Source: Jatrophihabitans sp.
Lineage (GTDB): Bacteria; Actinomycetota; Actinomycetes; Mycobacteriales; Jatrophihabitantaceae
Direction of reading: 5' to 3'
Length of the DNA: 64,000 nucleotides
NCBI GenBank assembly: GCA_035507775.1
Contig: DATJNU010000042.1
Coordinates: forward strand, 405 to 64,404
Part shown: one piece after another, positions 45,995 through 56,451 of the stretch
Layout: every line of letters begins with the position of its first letter
Position numbering within the stretch: position 1 is the first letter of the stretch
Notes under the pieces: model-generated
The model's database searches: none
Seen by the model: the letters and a program-made list of their open reading frames with translations, nothing else
What the model was told of the DNA's origin: nothing
Position numbers and translations under genes: made by a program

Positions 45995-47185
45995 TTAGTC
46001 CGGCAGCAACGGCACGGCAACGCCCGGATCCCGCCCGATCATGGCGGCCCGGCCCAGCGCTGCGGTCCCGAACCGTTGCCGGATGTCGTCCACCGCCCGA
46101 TCGAGCTGGCGCGACGGGGCATTCTCGAATGGCAGTTCCAGCTGCAGCGAATCGGCATGGTCCAGGCTGGCCAGGGTGACCCCGATCAGCGTGAGTCCCC
46201 GTTCGGCGATCAGCCCGGCCTGTGCCGCCAGCAGGATCCGGGCGGCGGCGAGGATCGTCGCGGTGTTGTCGGTCGGCGACGGCAGTGTGTGCGCGCGGGT
46301 GGTCCGGGTGAAGTCGTCGAACCGGAACCGCAGCACGACGGTCCGGCAGGTGCGGCCCGCGGCCCGCAGCCGCCGGCTGACCCGGTCGATCAGGGCGCCG
46401 AGGTAGGCGTCGAGTTCCGCGCCCGAGCGCCGCTGCCGGCCGAGCGCGCGCTGCGCGCCCATCGACCGGCGACGCCTGCCCGGCCGCACCGGGCGCGGGT
46501 CCAGGCCGTGCGCCAGCGCGAACAACTGCCGGCCCGAGCCCGCGCCCAGCATCGCCACCAGCGACGGCTCCGGCAGCGCGGCAACGTCTGCCACCGTCGT
46601 CAGCCCGTGCCGGTGCAGTTTCGCCGCCGTCACGCTGCCGACGCCCCACAGCCGCTCGACCGGCAGCGGGAGCAGGAACTCCTGCTCCGAACCGGGCGGC
46701 ACCAGCAGCAGCCCGTCCGGCTTCGCCACGCCGCTGGCGACCTTGGCCAGGAACCTGGTGCGCGCGACCCCGACTGTGATCGGCAGCCCGGCCTCGGCCA
46801 GCACTCGCGCGCGCAGCCGGACCGCGATCTGCAGCGGGGAGCCGGCCACCCGCCGCAGGCCAGCCACGTCGAGGAACGCCTCGTCGATCGAGGTCCCCTC
46901 GACCAGCGGGGTGGTGTCGGCGAAGATGCCGAACACGTCACGACTGGCCTGCGTGTACGCCGCCATCCGCGGCGGCACCACCACTGCCTGCGGGCAGAGC
47001 CGCCGGGCCTGGCCGCCGGGCATCGCGGTGCGCACGCCGAACGCCTTGGCCTCGTAGCTCGCGGCGAGCACCACGCCACCGCCGACGATCACCGGCCGGC
47101 CGCGCAGGGCCGGCCGGTCCCGCTGCTCGACCGAGGCGTAGAAGGCGTCCAGATCGGCATGCAGGATGGCCGCGTCCGAACGCAT
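45995..47185 (-). CDS. dinB: DNA polymerase IV (Y-family)
   Basis: ILHADLDAFYASVEQRD...PVIVGG...SIDEAFLDV...VARTRFLAKVAS...LWGVG. Confidence 0.93.
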   Translation of the reverse strand: MRSDAAILHADLDAFYASVEQRDRPALRGRPVIVGGGVVLAASYEAKAFGVRTAMPGGQARRLCPQAVVVPPRMAAYTQASRDVFGIFADTTPLVEGTSIDEAFLDVAGLRRVAGSPLQIAVRLRARVLAEAGLPITVGVARTRFLAKVASGVAKPDGLLLVPPGSEQEFLLPLPVERLWGVGSVTAAKLHRHGLTTVADVAALPEPSLVAMLGAGSGRQLFALAHGLDPRPVRPGRRRRSMGAQRALGRQRRSGAELDAYLGALIDRVSRRLRAAGRTCRTVVLRFRFDDFTRTTRAHTLPSPTDNTATILAAARILLAAQAGLIAERGLTLIGVTLASLDHADSLQLELPFENAPSRQLDRAVDDIRQRFGTAALGRAAMIGRDPGVAVPLLPD

Positions 47186-47230
47186 GTTCGAATAATGTCA
47201 TGGCGGGGCGTAGATGGCGAGCCCTCGGCG

Positions 47231-48253
47231 TCAGGCCTCCAGGTCGATGAGCACCTTGCCGACCACGGACTTCTCCACCGCAGCGTGCGCCAGTGCGGTC
47301 TCCTCCAGGGCGTAGCGATGCAGTGGCAGGCCGGCCTCGTCGCCGACCCGGACCGCGCCGCACAACACCGCCGCCGACACCGAATCGATCGCCCGCGCCT
47401 TGGCCGGTTCCGGCACCGTGTAGAGCAGGACGAACTGCCAGCGGGCGTTCGGCCCCATCATCGGCCGCACCGGCAGTGTGAACTCGTCGCCGCCGTCGTT
47501 GGCGTAGATCGCGACCGAGCCGTTCGGCCCGAGCACCGCCGCGTCGATCGCGGCGTTCGCGGCCGGCGCCACCTCGACGACGCTGTGCACGCCGTGCGGG
47601 GCGATCTTGCGCACCTCGGCGACCACGTCCTGCCGGTGGTAGTCGATCACGTGGTCGGCCCCGGCGGCAGCCGCGAGCTGGGCCTTGGCCGGGCTGCTCA
47701 CGGTGCTGATCACCGTCGCGTCGGCCCAGCGGGCAAGCTGGATCGCGGCGTTGCCGACCGCGCCGGCGCCGCCGGCGACCAGCACCGTCCGGCCGGACAG
47801 CGCGCCGGCGGACAGCTCGCCCGGGCCGTCCTCGGCGACCGTCAGCGCCCGGTGCGCGGTCAGGAACGGCACGCCGAGGCAGGCTCCGAGGTCGAACGAG
47901 GCCCAGTCGGGCAGCAGCACCACCTGCCGGGCCGGCACGATCGCGTACTCCTGCGCGGTGCCCTCGGGGCGCTGGTAGGCGGCCTCCCAGATCCAGACCC
48001 GCTGCCCGTCGAGCGCGGCGTCGACCCCGGCACCGACCGCGTCGACCACCCCGGAGCCGTCCTGGTTGGGAACCTGGGGCGGGTCGACCGGGGTGCCGCT
48101 CGCGCTGCCGCGCCGGGACTTCCAGTCCGTCGGGTTCACTCCGGAACGGTGGATCCGGACCCTCACCTCACCCGGCCCCGGTTGCCCGATCGGCTTGTCG
48201 ATCAGGGTGAGTACGTCGGGGTCGCCGGTCTGCTCGTAGCTGATTGCTCGCAT
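47231..48253 (-). CDS. NADPH:quinone oxidoreductase / zinc-type alcohol dehydrogenase-like (MDR) protein
   Basis: 340 aa: GEVRVRIHRSGVNPTDWKSR...VLVAGGAGAVGNAAIQLA. Confidence 0.88.
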   Translation of the reverse strand: MRAISYEQTGDPDVLTLIDKPIGQPGPGEVRVRIHRSGVNPTDWKSRRGSASGTPVDPPQVPNQDGSGVVDAVGAGVDAALDGQRVWIWEAAYQRPEGTAQEYAIVPARQVVLLPDWASFDLGACLGVPFLTAHRALTVAEDGPGELSAGALSGRTVLVAGGAGAVGNAAIQLARWADATVISTVSSPAKAQLAAAAGADHVIDYHRQDVVAEVRKIAPHGVHSVVEVAPAANAAIDAAVLGPNGSVAIYANDGGDEFTLPVRPMMGPNARWQFVLLYTVPEPAKARAIDSVSAAVLCGAVRVGDEAGLPLHRYALEETALAHAAVEKSVVGKVLIDLEA

Positions 48254-48362
48254 TGGTCAACGGTAATCCGGCCCGGCGCCGGTCGCCCGGGATGAGTCCG
48301 GGCTGAGAGGCCGCCGGGCCTCGCCGGCGGCCGACCGGGAGTTCGGCTGCCACACTGCGCGG

Positions 48363-49217
48363 ATGGCGAACGGGTCGATTACCCGGCGCGCTGCGCTGGC
48401 CGGCTCGGCCGCCGCGGTCGCCGGTGCGGCGGTGGCGGTCGAGCGGGGCGCGCTGCCCGGCCGGCGGTGGCTGCCGTCCTCGCTGGGTGGCGGGGACGTG
48501 GGCGGCGCGAAGACGGTCTCCGGCTCCTTCGTCTCGGCCAGCCGGCGCGGCCGGCGATGTGGTTACACCATCGCCTATCCCACCGCCGCCGCCGAGCGGT
48601 TGCCCGTCGTGGTCGTGCTGCACGCCCGCGGCGCCAACCACCGCACCGCCTTCACCGACCTCGGCCTCGGCCGGGTGCTGCAGTCCGCCCGGCACCGGTT
48701 CGCCCTGGCGGCGGCGGACGGCGGCGACACCTACTGGCACCGCCGCGCCAGCGGTGAGGACTCCGGGGCGATGGTGATCCGGGAGTTCCTGCCGCTGCTG
48801 CACGGCCACGGCCTCGACACCGGCCGGATCGGCCTCTTCGGATGGTCGATGGGCGGTTTCGGGACGCTGTCGCTGGCCGGCGTGCTCGGCGCCCGGCGGG
48901 TGGCCGCGGCGACCGCCCTCAGCCCGGCGCTGTGGCACCGGCCGGAGCAGACCGCGGCCGGCGCCTACGACGATCCGGCCGACTTCGCCGCCCACGACGT
49001 CTTCACCCACCTCCCGGGGCTGGCCGGCATCGGGATCCGGGTCGACTGCGGCACCGCGGACGGCTTCTGCCCGACCGCCCGGGACTATCTCCAGCTGGCG
49101 CAGCGGGAACTCCGGCCGGCACCGGCCGGCGGGTTCGAGCCGGGCGGCCACACCGTCGCGTACTGGCGGCAGGCCGCGCCGGCGCAGCTGGCGTTCCTGG
49201 CCGGTCACCTGGGCTGA
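48363..49217 (+). CDS. secreted alpha/beta hydrolase (esterase D/antigen-85-like)
   Basis: Tat-like signal [21 protein letters not shown] and nucleophile elbow [10 protein letters not shown]. Confidence 0.8.
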   Translation: MANGSITRRAALAGSAAAVAGAAVAVERGALPGRRWLPSSLGGGDVGGAKTVSGSFVSASRRGRRCGYTIAYPTAAAERLPVVVVLHARGANHRTAFTDLGLGRVLQSARHRFALAAADGGDTYWHRRASGEDSGAMVIREFLPLLHGHGLDTGRIGLFGWSMGGFGTLSLAGVLGARRVAAATALSPALWHRPEQTAAGAYDDPADFAAHDVFTHLPGLAGIGIRVDCGTADGFCPTARDYLQLAQRELRPAPAGGFEPGGHTVAYWRQAAPAQLAFLAGHLG

Positions 49218-49248
49218 CCGCCGATCCCCGACCGCAGATACTGGGCGG

Positions 49249-50211
49249 ATGAGCACCCATGAACCGATAGGTCCGGTCGACGCCTCCCGCGTGCCGCGCT
49301 ACGCCGGCCCGGCCACCTTCGCCCGGCTGCCCCGCCGCGAGGACGTGCCCGGCGCGGACGTCGCCGTGCTGGGTGTCCCGTTCGACTCCGGCGTGAGCTA
49401 CCGGCCGGGTGCCCGGTTCGGTCCGGCACACATCAGGCAGAGCTCCCGGCTGCTGCGGCCGTACAACCCGGCGCTGGACGTCAGCCCGTTCGCCGGCCAG
49501 CAGGTGGTGGACGCCGGCGACCTGCCGGTGAACCCGTTCGACATCGGCCAGGCCATCGCCGAGATCCAGCGGGGCGCGGCTGAGCTCACCGCGACCGGCG
49601 CGCGGCTGCTCACCCTCGGCGGCGACCACACCATCGCGCTGCCGCTGTTGCGCACCCTGCACGCCCGGCACGGCCCGCTGGCGGTGCTGCACTTCGACGC
49701 CCACCTCGACACCTGGGACACCTATTTCGGTGAGCCCTACACCCACGGGACGCCGTTCCGCCGGGCCGCCGAGGAGGGCCTGCTGGATCCGCTGCACTGC
49801 CTGCACATCGGCATCCGCGGGCCGCTCTACGACGCCCGTGACCTGCCCGAGTCGGCGGATCTGGGCTTCGCCACCGTCCACGCCGTGGAGCTGGAATCGG
49901 ACGGTGTCACCGGGGTGATCGAGCGGATGCGGGACCGGCTGGCCGACCGTCCGGTGTACGTCTCGGTGGACATCGACGTGCTGGACCCGGCTCACGCACC
50001 GGGCACCGGGACGCCCGAGGCGGGTGGGCTGACCTCCCGCGAGCTGCTGGCCATCCTGCGCGGGCTGGCCGGCCTCGACCTTGTTTCGGCCGACATCGTC
50101 GAGGTGTCACCGGCCTACGATCACGCCGAGCTGACCGGTATCGCCGCCGCGCACGTCGGCTACGAGTTGCTGTCGGTGATGGCACCAAGGCACCCGAACC
50201 GGGCAGGATGA
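49249..50211 (+). CDS. ureohydrolase (agmatinase/guanidinobutyrase family)
   Basis: GVPFDSG...GGDHTIALP...HFDAHLDT...[22 protein letters not shown], which are Mn-binding arginase-family motifs. Confidence 0.9.
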   Translation: MSTHEPIGPVDASRVPRYAGPATFARLPRREDVPGADVAVLGVPFDSGVSYRPGARFGPAHIRQSSRLLRPYNPALDVSPFAGQQVVDAGDLPVNPFDIGQAIAEIQRGAAELTATGARLLTLGGDHTIALPLLRTLHARHGPLAVLHFDAHLDTWDTYFGEPYTHGTPFRRAAEEGLLDPLHCLHIGIRGPLYDARDLPESADLGFATVHAVELESDGVTGVIERMRDRLADRPVYVSVDIDVLDPAHAPGTGTPEAGGLTSRELLAILRGLAGLDLVSADIVEVSPAYDHAELTGIAAAHVGYELLSVMAPRHPNRAG

Positions 50212-50215
50212 CGCC

Positions 50216-51655
50216 ATGACCAGCACCGGATCGCCGCGGATCAGTGGCGTCGAAGCCCGTTCCATCGACTACGTCCCGCTGGGTGAGCGGCACGGCAAGC
50301 TCTGGCACCTCGGGCCGCTGTGGTTCATGTCGAACGCCCAGATCGCCACCCTCGCGGTTGGCCTGATCAGCATCGAGGCCGGCGGCAACCTGTTCTGGTC
50401 GCTGATCTCGATCGCGGCCGGCACCCTGCTCGGCACCCTGTTCATGGCCTTCCACTCGGCGCAGGGCCCGCAGCTGGGGCTGCCCCAGATGATCCAGTCG
50501 CGCCCGCAGTTCGGCTACCTCGGCGCCCTGCTGGTGTGGCTGTTCGCCTACATCCAGTACGCGGGCTTCAACGTCTTCAACACGATCCTGGCCGGCGAGG
50601 CGATGCACACGACCGCGCACGGTGCCACCAAGCTCTGGGTGGCCGTCGCCACCGTGGCGGCCTTCGCGGTGGCACTCATCGGCTACGACCTGATCCACCG
50701 TGCCGAGCAGGTGATGACCTACCTCTTCCTGGTCATCTTCGGGGTATTCACCGCCGTCGTGCTGTTCGCGCTGCACTATCCGGCGGGCTCGTTCGACGTC
50801 GGCGGGTTTCGCTGGACGCCGTTCCTGGCCCAGTTCGGGGTGGTCGCCGGCTATCAGATCAGCTGGGCGATCTACGTCTCCGACTACTCCCGCTACCTGC
50901 CGCCGGACGTGACCGTGCGGCGGACCTTCTACTGGACCTACTGGGGATCGGCAATCGGCGGCGGCTGGCTGATGTGCCTCGGCGCGCTGCTCGCGGCCTG
51001 GGCCGGGCCGTCCTTCAGCGGCAGCGGCATCGCCGAGATCAATGCCGCCGGCGACAAGCTGTTCCCCGGGTTCGGGGCCGTCGTGCTGATCTTCGCCGCG
51101 CTCGGCCTGGTCTCGGTGACCGCGCTGAACATGTACGGCGGCTCGCTCACCCTGATCAGCGGCCTCGACTCGCTGCGCCGGGTGCGCCCGACCGCCCGCC
51201 TGCGGCTGGTCACGCTCGGCCTGACCGCCGGGCTGTCGCTGGTCGGCGCGCTGGCCGCCACCGACAACTTCCTCGGCAACTTCAACAACTTCCTGCTGCT
51301 GGTGCTCTACCTCTTCATCCCGTGGACCGCGGTCAACCTGGTCGACTACTACGTGGTTCGGCACGGCCACTACGCCATCGCCGAGATCTTCAACCCCCGA
51401 GGCATGTACGGGCGGTGGGGCTGGCGCGGCATCACCGCCTACCTGGTCGGCTTCGCCGCCATGGTGCCGTTCTTCTCGGTGGGCACCCTCTACACCGGCG
51501 TCGTCGCGCGGGCGCTGGGCGATGCCGACATCTCGCTCTTCGTCGGATTGCCGGTGGCCGGCCTGCTCTACCTGGCGCTCGCCAGGTCGATCGACGTCGA
51601 GGCCGAGATCCGGGTGGCCCGGGCCGAGGCGGCAGAGCTCGAGCCACGCCGGTGA
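50216..51655 (+). CDS. NCS1 family (purine-cytosine/allantoin type) permease
   Basis: 479 aa with about 12 hydrophobic spans. N-terminal RSIDYVPLGERHGKLWHLGPLWFMSNAQIATLAVG. It starts 4 nt after the ureohydrolase gene. Confidence 0.85.
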   Translation: MTSTGSPRISGVEARSIDYVPLGERHGKLWHLGPLWFMSNAQIATLAVGLISIEAGGNLFWSLISIAAGTLLGTLFMAFHSAQGPQLGLPQMIQSRPQFGYLGALLVWLFAYIQYAGFNVFNTILAGEAMHTTAHGATKLWVAVATVAAFAVALIGYDLIHRAEQVMTYLFLVIFGVFTAVVLFALHYPAGSFDVGGFRWTPFLAQFGVVAGYQISWAIYVSDYSRYLPPDVTVRRTFYWTYWGSAIGGGWLMCLGALLAAWAGPSFSGSGIAEINAAGDKLFPGFGAVVLIFAALGLVSVTALNMYGGSLTLISGLDSLRRVRPTARLRLVTLGLTAGLSLVGALAATDNFLGNFNNFLLLVLYLFIPWTAVNLVDYYVVRHGHYAIAEIFNPRGMYGRWGWRGITAYLVGFAAMVPFFSVGTLYTGVVARALGDADISLFVGLPVAGLLYLALARSIDVEAEIRVARAEAAELEPRR

Positions 51656-51846
51656 CTGCGGGCGCACGCGGTGTCGCTCAAAGCGACCGAACGGTCGGTT
51701 CTCGCCGCCGTGGTCGGATCCGGGCACGCTGAGTGAACCTCCGGTAGCGCAGAGTTGTTCGAGTTTGAGCTTTGATTTGCGGGGTAAACCAGGCTATACA
51801 TAACCGGTTGTTCCCGGCTGCTCGCCGTTCCTGTGAGGAGGCGCCC

Positions 51847-52275
51847 ATGCGCACCAGACCGCGTCCGGAGCGGCTGGAGACGCTGGTCGCCGTGCCGCGT
51901 GGGCACGAGACGGTGCACGCGGCCCCGGTCGGCGGGTTCTCCTTCACCTCCTGCTGCGACCGCACGGTGCCGGAACTGCCCGCCTACGACCGGCTCAGCC
52001 GCCACCCGGACGAGGTGACCTGCGGCCGGCTGAGCCGGGCCGACGAGCTGCTGCTGGCCGGCGTGGGCAGCCACCACATCGAGCGGCTGATCTACGACAT
52101 GGCCGTCTCCCTGCGGTCGCTGCGCGGCCCGGACCTGCCGCTGGGCAGGGCGCTCGCCTGCGTGCAGGCCGCGATCGAGGAGCTGGTGCCGGTCCGCGAT
52201 CCCGGTGACCGGTGGCCGGCCGCGCTGCTGGTCCGCATCACCCAGCGCGCGGACGAGCTGGCCGCCCGGGGCTGA
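51847..52275 (+). CDS. hypothetical protein
   Basis: ATG 51847 follows GAGGAGG. The 142-aa product has good codon bias and no recognised motif. Confidence 0.45.
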   Translation: MRTRPRPERLETLVAVPRGHETVHAAPVGGFSFTSCCDRTVPELPAYDRLSRHPDEVTCGRLSRADELLLAGVGSHHIERLIYDMAVSLRSLRGPDLPLGRALACVQAAIEELVPVRDPGDRWPAALLVRITQRADELAARG

Positions 52276-52360
52276 GTGCGGCTGGTCCGGGGTGGGTGTC
52301 GTAGGCCGGGGGTAACGTCCGGGCTGACACTGAGGTCGACTCACCATGGGAGGCGAGAAG

Positions 52361-53158
52361 ATGGCTACACGAACGACGCCGTTCGCGGCCGGGACGCCGT
52401 GCTGGGTGGATCTGCTGAGCTCGGACGTGGACCGGGCCAAGCGGTTCTACCACGAGGTATTCGGCTGGGACGCGGTGGATTCCGACCAGGAGTTCGGCGG
52501 GTACGTCAACTTCGAGTCCGACGGGCACAAGGTGGCCGGCATGATGGCGAACGCCGCGGACTCCGGCATGCCCGACGTCTGGTCGACCTACCTGAGCACC
52601 GACGACCTGCCGGCCACGGTCGACGCGGCGGTCCGCGCCGGTGGCACCATCGTCGCGGCCCCGATGCAGGTCGGTGACCTGGGTTCGATGGCGATCGTCA
52701 CCGACGCGGCCGGGGCGGTGGTGGGCTTCTGGCAGGCCGGCAAGCACACCGGCTTCGGCAAGTACAACGAACCGGGCTCGGTGACCTGGGACGAGCTGCA
52801 CAGCAAGAACTTCGCGGCCAGCCGGGAGTTCTACGCCGCGGTCCTGGGCTGGGGCTACCAGCCGATGTCGGACACCGACGAGTTCCGCTACTTCACCGGC
52901 CAGGTCAACGGCGAGACCGTGGCCGGGCTGATGGACTCGGCGAGCTTCCTGCCGGCGGAGGTTCCCTCGATGTGGACGGTCTACTTCGCGACGGCCGACA
53001 TCGACGCCACCGTCGAGAAGGTCGTGGCCGCCGGCGGCCGGGTGATCCGGCCACCGGAGACGACGCCGTTCGGTCGGATCGGCGAGTTCGCCGACCCGAC
53101 CGGGGCGATGTTCAAGCTGCACACCGAGGCCGAGCAGGCCCCCGAGTCCTCGGGCTGA
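52361..53158 (+). CDS. two-domain VOC family protein
   Basis: ATG 52361 (GGGAGG upstream). The glyoxalase-like module is duplicated: PCWVDLLSSDVDRAKRFYHEVFGW and VTWDELHSKNFAASREFYAAVLGW. Confidence 0.8.
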   Translation: MATRTTPFAAGTPCWVDLLSSDVDRAKRFYHEVFGWDAVDSDQEFGGYVNFESDGHKVAGMMANAADSGMPDVWSTYLSTDDLPATVDAAVRAGGTIVAAPMQVGDLGSMAIVTDAAGAVVGFWQAGKHTGFGKYNEPGSVTWDELHSKNFAASREFYAAVLGWGYQPMSDTDEFRYFTGQVNGETVAGLMDSASFLPAEVPSMWTVYFATADIDATVEKVVAAGGRVIRPPETTPFGRIGEFADPTGAMFKLHTEAEQAPESSG

Positions 53159-53307
53159 CGGCGCGGCCGCCGGGCCGCTACCGGCGACCCGGCGGCAGCA
53201 CGACCATCGCTGCCCGGCGGCAGCGGCGGTGGTGCGTTTCGGCTGCCGGTCCGGCCCAGGTGGGCCGGCGCCGCGCCGGCCACCGGCGGCTGCCGCCGGG
53301 CGCTACC

Positions 53308-55494
53308 GTGCCAGGTGTGGCTGCAGCGGATTCCGGTCTCCGGCTGGTCGGGCGGTCGCTGCGGCAGCTGTACTCCGACGCCGTCCACCTCGACCTGAGC
53401 CAGTCCGATCCGGTGGTGGCGGCCCGCAACGCGCTCGGCTTGGCCGGGCCGCTGGCGGTCGCCGCCGCGCTGGGCAACCCGGTGGCCGGGGTTGGCATGT
53501 CGATCGGCGCGCTGCAGACCGCGTTCGCCGACCGGCCCGGGCCGTACCGGCTGCGGATGGTGCGGATGCTCGGCACCGCCCTCGCCGCCGCGACCACCGC
53601 CGGGCTGGCCGCCGCCCTCGGGAACAGCCTGCTCGCCTCCGCGCTGCTGCTCGCCGCCCTCGGCTTCGCCGCCGGCCTGCTGCTCACCGCAGGCGCGAGC
53701 GCCGCCCAGGTCGGCGTTGCGACCACCGCGACCGCGCTGATCCTCGGGCACACCCCGAAGTCGCCCCACGCCGCGGTGGAGACCGCGCTGCTGATCCTGC
53801 TCGGTGGCGTCGTGCAGGCCGCGCTGGCGGTCGCGGCCTGGCCGCTGGGGCGGCACCGGCCGGAGCGCCAGGTGCTGGCCGAGCTCTACCGGCAGCTGGC
53901 GGGGCTCGCCGCGGAGCCGATCGACACCCGCACCAGCCCGCCGCTCGGCCCGGCCATCGGCACGGCCTCGGCGGTGCTGCGCGGCGTCGGACACGACCAC
54001 GGTCCCAGTGTCGAGGCGTATCGGGTGCTGCTGGACGAGGCGGTCCGGGCCCGACAGGACATCCTCGTGCTCTCCGGGTACGCGAGCCGGCTGGCCACGG
54101 CCGAGCCCGGTCCGGCCCGGGCCATCGCCGCCGAACTCGCCCGCGCCTCGGCGGTGTTGGACGCGGTGGCCGGCGGCCTGGCCAGCGGCCGGGGACTGGC
54201 GCCGGAGACCGCCGCCCGGCTGCTGGCCGGGGTCGGCGCCAGCCGGCACGAGCTGGGCGACTCGCTGACCGGGCGGGCCGCGGTGAGCCGGGTGCGCAGC
54301 CTGGCCGGCCAGCTGCGGGCGATGGTGGAGACCGTCCGGACCGGTGCCGCGGAGGGCCGGGTCACCGAGGACGAGGGCCGCCCGGCCGGCAGCATCCGGC
54401 TCCGCGATCCGCTCGCCACGCTCCGGGCGAACCTCAACCTGGACTCGCCCGCGGTCCGGCACGCGGTCCGGCTGGCGATCCTGGTGCCGGCCACCGACGT
54501 GCTCGCGCAGGGGCTGGGCATCCAGCGCTCCTACTGGGTGGCGCTGACCATCCTGGTGGTGCTCCGGCCGGACTTCGCCGCCACCTTCCAGCGGTCGCTG
54601 ATGCGGGTGGCCGGCACCCTGATCGGGCTGCTGCTGGCCAGCGCGATCGCGTACTACGTGCTCGGCGGCTCCGTGCCGGGCCTGATCGTCCTGCTGGCGC
54701 TGTGCTTCTTCGGCATGCGGCTGGCCGGGCCCGCCAACATGGGGCTGTCCTCGGCCTTCCTGGCCGGCCTCGTGGTGGTGCTGCTCTCGCTGGCCGGGGT
54801 GCCGGCGCACACCACGGTCGTGGTGCGGCTGGTCGACACCGTGATCGGCGGTGCGATCGCGCTGGTCGCGGTGCTGTTCTGGCCGAGCTGGGAACGCGGG
54901 CAGCTCCCCGGCCGGCTGGCCGAGCTGCTGGCCGCGTACCGGGCCTACCTGCACACGATGATCGATCCCGACACCACCGCGGCCCAGCGCGGCGCCGCCC
55001 GCAGCCAGGCCCGGCTGGCCCGCAGCAATGCCGAGGCGTCGCTGGACCGGGCCCGGGTGGAACCGGTCAGCAGCCAGGGTGCGGTCGAGCTGGGGGCGGC
55101 GCTGCTGGCGCACAGCCACCGGCTGGTGCACGCGCTCACCGCACTGGACGCCACCCGGCAGACCCGTGAGATCTATGCCAAGGTGCCGCAGTTCCGGCTG
55201 CTGGTGGATGCGGTCTCGGCGACCCTGGCGCTGGCCGAGGCCGCAGCCGCCCACGGCTGGCGCCAGGTACGCGACCTGCGACTGCGGGCCCTGCAGAACG
55301 AGTTCGTGGAGGCGCTGGAGTCCCGGGCGCCGGCGGACTCCGGTGCGCTGTCGGACGAGACGGCGGCAGCGCTGGTCGAGGCCACCGACCGGCTGGTCAA
55401 CAGTCTCGACTCGCTGGTCGCCGTGCTCAGCGCCCGTCCGGCCGCTGGGCAAGCAGCCGGGCACCCGAGCGTGCCGGGTGGCGGCCGGTCTTGA
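53308..55494 (+). CDS. FUSC (fusaric-acid-resistance/aromatic acid exporter-like) family membrane protein
   Basis: Two hydrophobic blocks are separated by a long helical cytoplasmic region. SYWVALTILVVLRPDFAATFQRSLMRVAGTLIG is typical of the family. The start (GTG 53308) is uncertain. Confidence 0.7.
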   Translation: MPGVAAADSGLRLVGRSLRQLYSDAVHLDLSQSDPVVAARNALGLAGPLAVAAALGNPVAGVGMSIGALQTAFADRPGPYRLRMVRMLGTALAAATTAGLAAALGNSLLASALLLAALGFAAGLLLTAGASAAQVGVATTATALILGHTPKSPHAAVETALLILLGGVVQAALAVAAWPLGRHRPERQVLAELYRQLAGLAAEPIDTRTSPPLGPAIGTASAVLRGVGHDHGPSVEAYRVLLDEAVRARQDILVLSGYASRLATAEPGPARAIAAELARASAVLDAVAGGLASGRGLAPETAARLLAGVGASRHELGDSLTGRAAVSRVRSLAGQLRAMVETVRTGAAEGRVTEDEGRPAGSIRLRDPLATLRANLNLDSPAVRHAVRLAILVPATDVLAQGLGIQRSYWVALTILVVLRPDFAATFQRSLMRVAGTLIGLLLASAIAYYVLGGSVPGLIVLLALCFFGMRLAGPANMGLSSAFLAGLVVVLLSLAGVPAHTTVVVRLVDTVIGGAIALVAVLFWPSWERGQLPGRLAELLAAYRAYLHTMIDPDTTAAQRGAARSQARLARSNAEASLDRARVEPVSSQGAVELGAALLAHSHRLVHALTALDATRQTREIYAKVPQFRLLVDAVSATLALAEAAAAHGWRQVRDLRLRALQNEFVEALESRAPADSGALSDETAAALVEATDRLVNSLDSLVAVLSARPAAGQAAGHPSVPGGGRS

Positions 55495-55747
55495 ACACGC
55501 CGAGGGCGAGATCCTCGCGGGTGGGTGTGGCCCCGGACCGGTCGCGTATCTGGCGCCACTCGGCACCGGCCAGCAACTCGCCCAGCACCAGCCCGACGAT
55601 GCCCTGGGTCGCCGCCTCTGCCTGCTGCGGCGTGGGAAACGCCTCGATCGTCCGGTAGGCCTCGAAGCCGCCCACCGTCACCACTCCGACGAATCCCCAG
55701 CTGTCGCTGGACGGATCCGATCCGATCGACATGATCATGTCCGGCAT
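55427..55747 (-). CDS. hypothetical protein
   Basis: ATG comp. 55745-55747, 106 aa (MPDMIMSIGSDPSSDSWGFVGVVTVGGFEAYRTIEAF...), with good third-position G+C. Its 3' end overlaps the FUSC gene by 68 nt (convergent). Confidence 0.4.
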   Translation of the reverse strand: MPDMIMSIGSDPSSDSWGFVGVVTVGGFEAYRTIEAFPTPQQAEAATQGIVGLVLGELLAGAEWRQIRDRSGATPTREDLALGVFKTGRHPARSGARLLAQRPDGR

Positions 55748-56001
55748 GTGCTCCCCCCGAGCTGTCCCGCCGCATGCGCCGACGCCGTCGCGGCGTGGCG
55801 CCAACGGCGCGGACTCCTCGCTCTACCGGCACGGTAACCGGCACCGGTCCGGCTGCGGAAGCGGCGAGGTGCCGGAGTTGCTCCCTCGGTGAGCGATCGG
55901 CCGGCCGGCGCGCCGGGTATATGCTTGCCGATAGGCAACTATCTGGACGTCGCGAGCCGACTGCGGGGAGCGGCGCGGTGCGACATGGTGAGGGAGCGAC
56001 G

Positions 56002-56451
56002 ATGCCGAACGAATTCCACCCCGACGAGGTCGCCCGGCTGCGGATCGCGCTCGCCCGGATCGCGCGGGTGGTCGACCGGGCCTCCGCCGACGCCGGCTTC
56101 ACCAGGACCCAGCTCTCGGTGCTGGGCTCGGTGGTGCGGGTGAAGGAGATCGGCCTGGGTGAGCTGGCCGAGGTGGAGGGCTTGAACCCGACCATGCTCT
56201 CCCGGGTGGTCGGCAAGCTCGAGGTGGCCGGCCTGATCACCCGCTCGTCCGGCGTCGAGGACCGGCGCGCGGTGCGGGTGCGGCCGACCGCCACCGGCCG
56301 CGCGCTGCACCTCAGGCTGCGCACGCGGCGCACCGACCTGCTCGTCCGCCAGCTGGCCGCGCTGCCGGACGGGCTGGCGGCCGACCTGCTCACCGCGCTG
56401 CCGGCGCTGGAGGCCCTCGGCGACCAGCTGCATGCCGGATCGTCGCGATGA
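56002..56451 (+). CDS. MarR family transcriptional regulator
   Basis: ATG 56002, 149 aa: FTRTQLSVLGSVVRVKEIGLGELAEVEGLNPTMLSRVVGKLEVAGLITR...DRRAVRVRPTATG. Confidence 0.85.
   Translation: MPNEFHPDEVARLRIALARIARVVDRASADAGFTRTQLSVLGSVVRVKEIGLGELAEVEGLNPTMLSRVVGKLEVAGLITRSSGVEDRRAVRVRPTATGRALHLRLRTRRTDLLVRQLAALPDGLAADLLTALPALEALGDQLHAGSSR

Noticed and set aside
46076-48295. 739-aa plus-strand ORF across dinB and the quinone reductase gene
   Set aside because: It is antisense to two genes with strong family motifs and has low-complexity composition.
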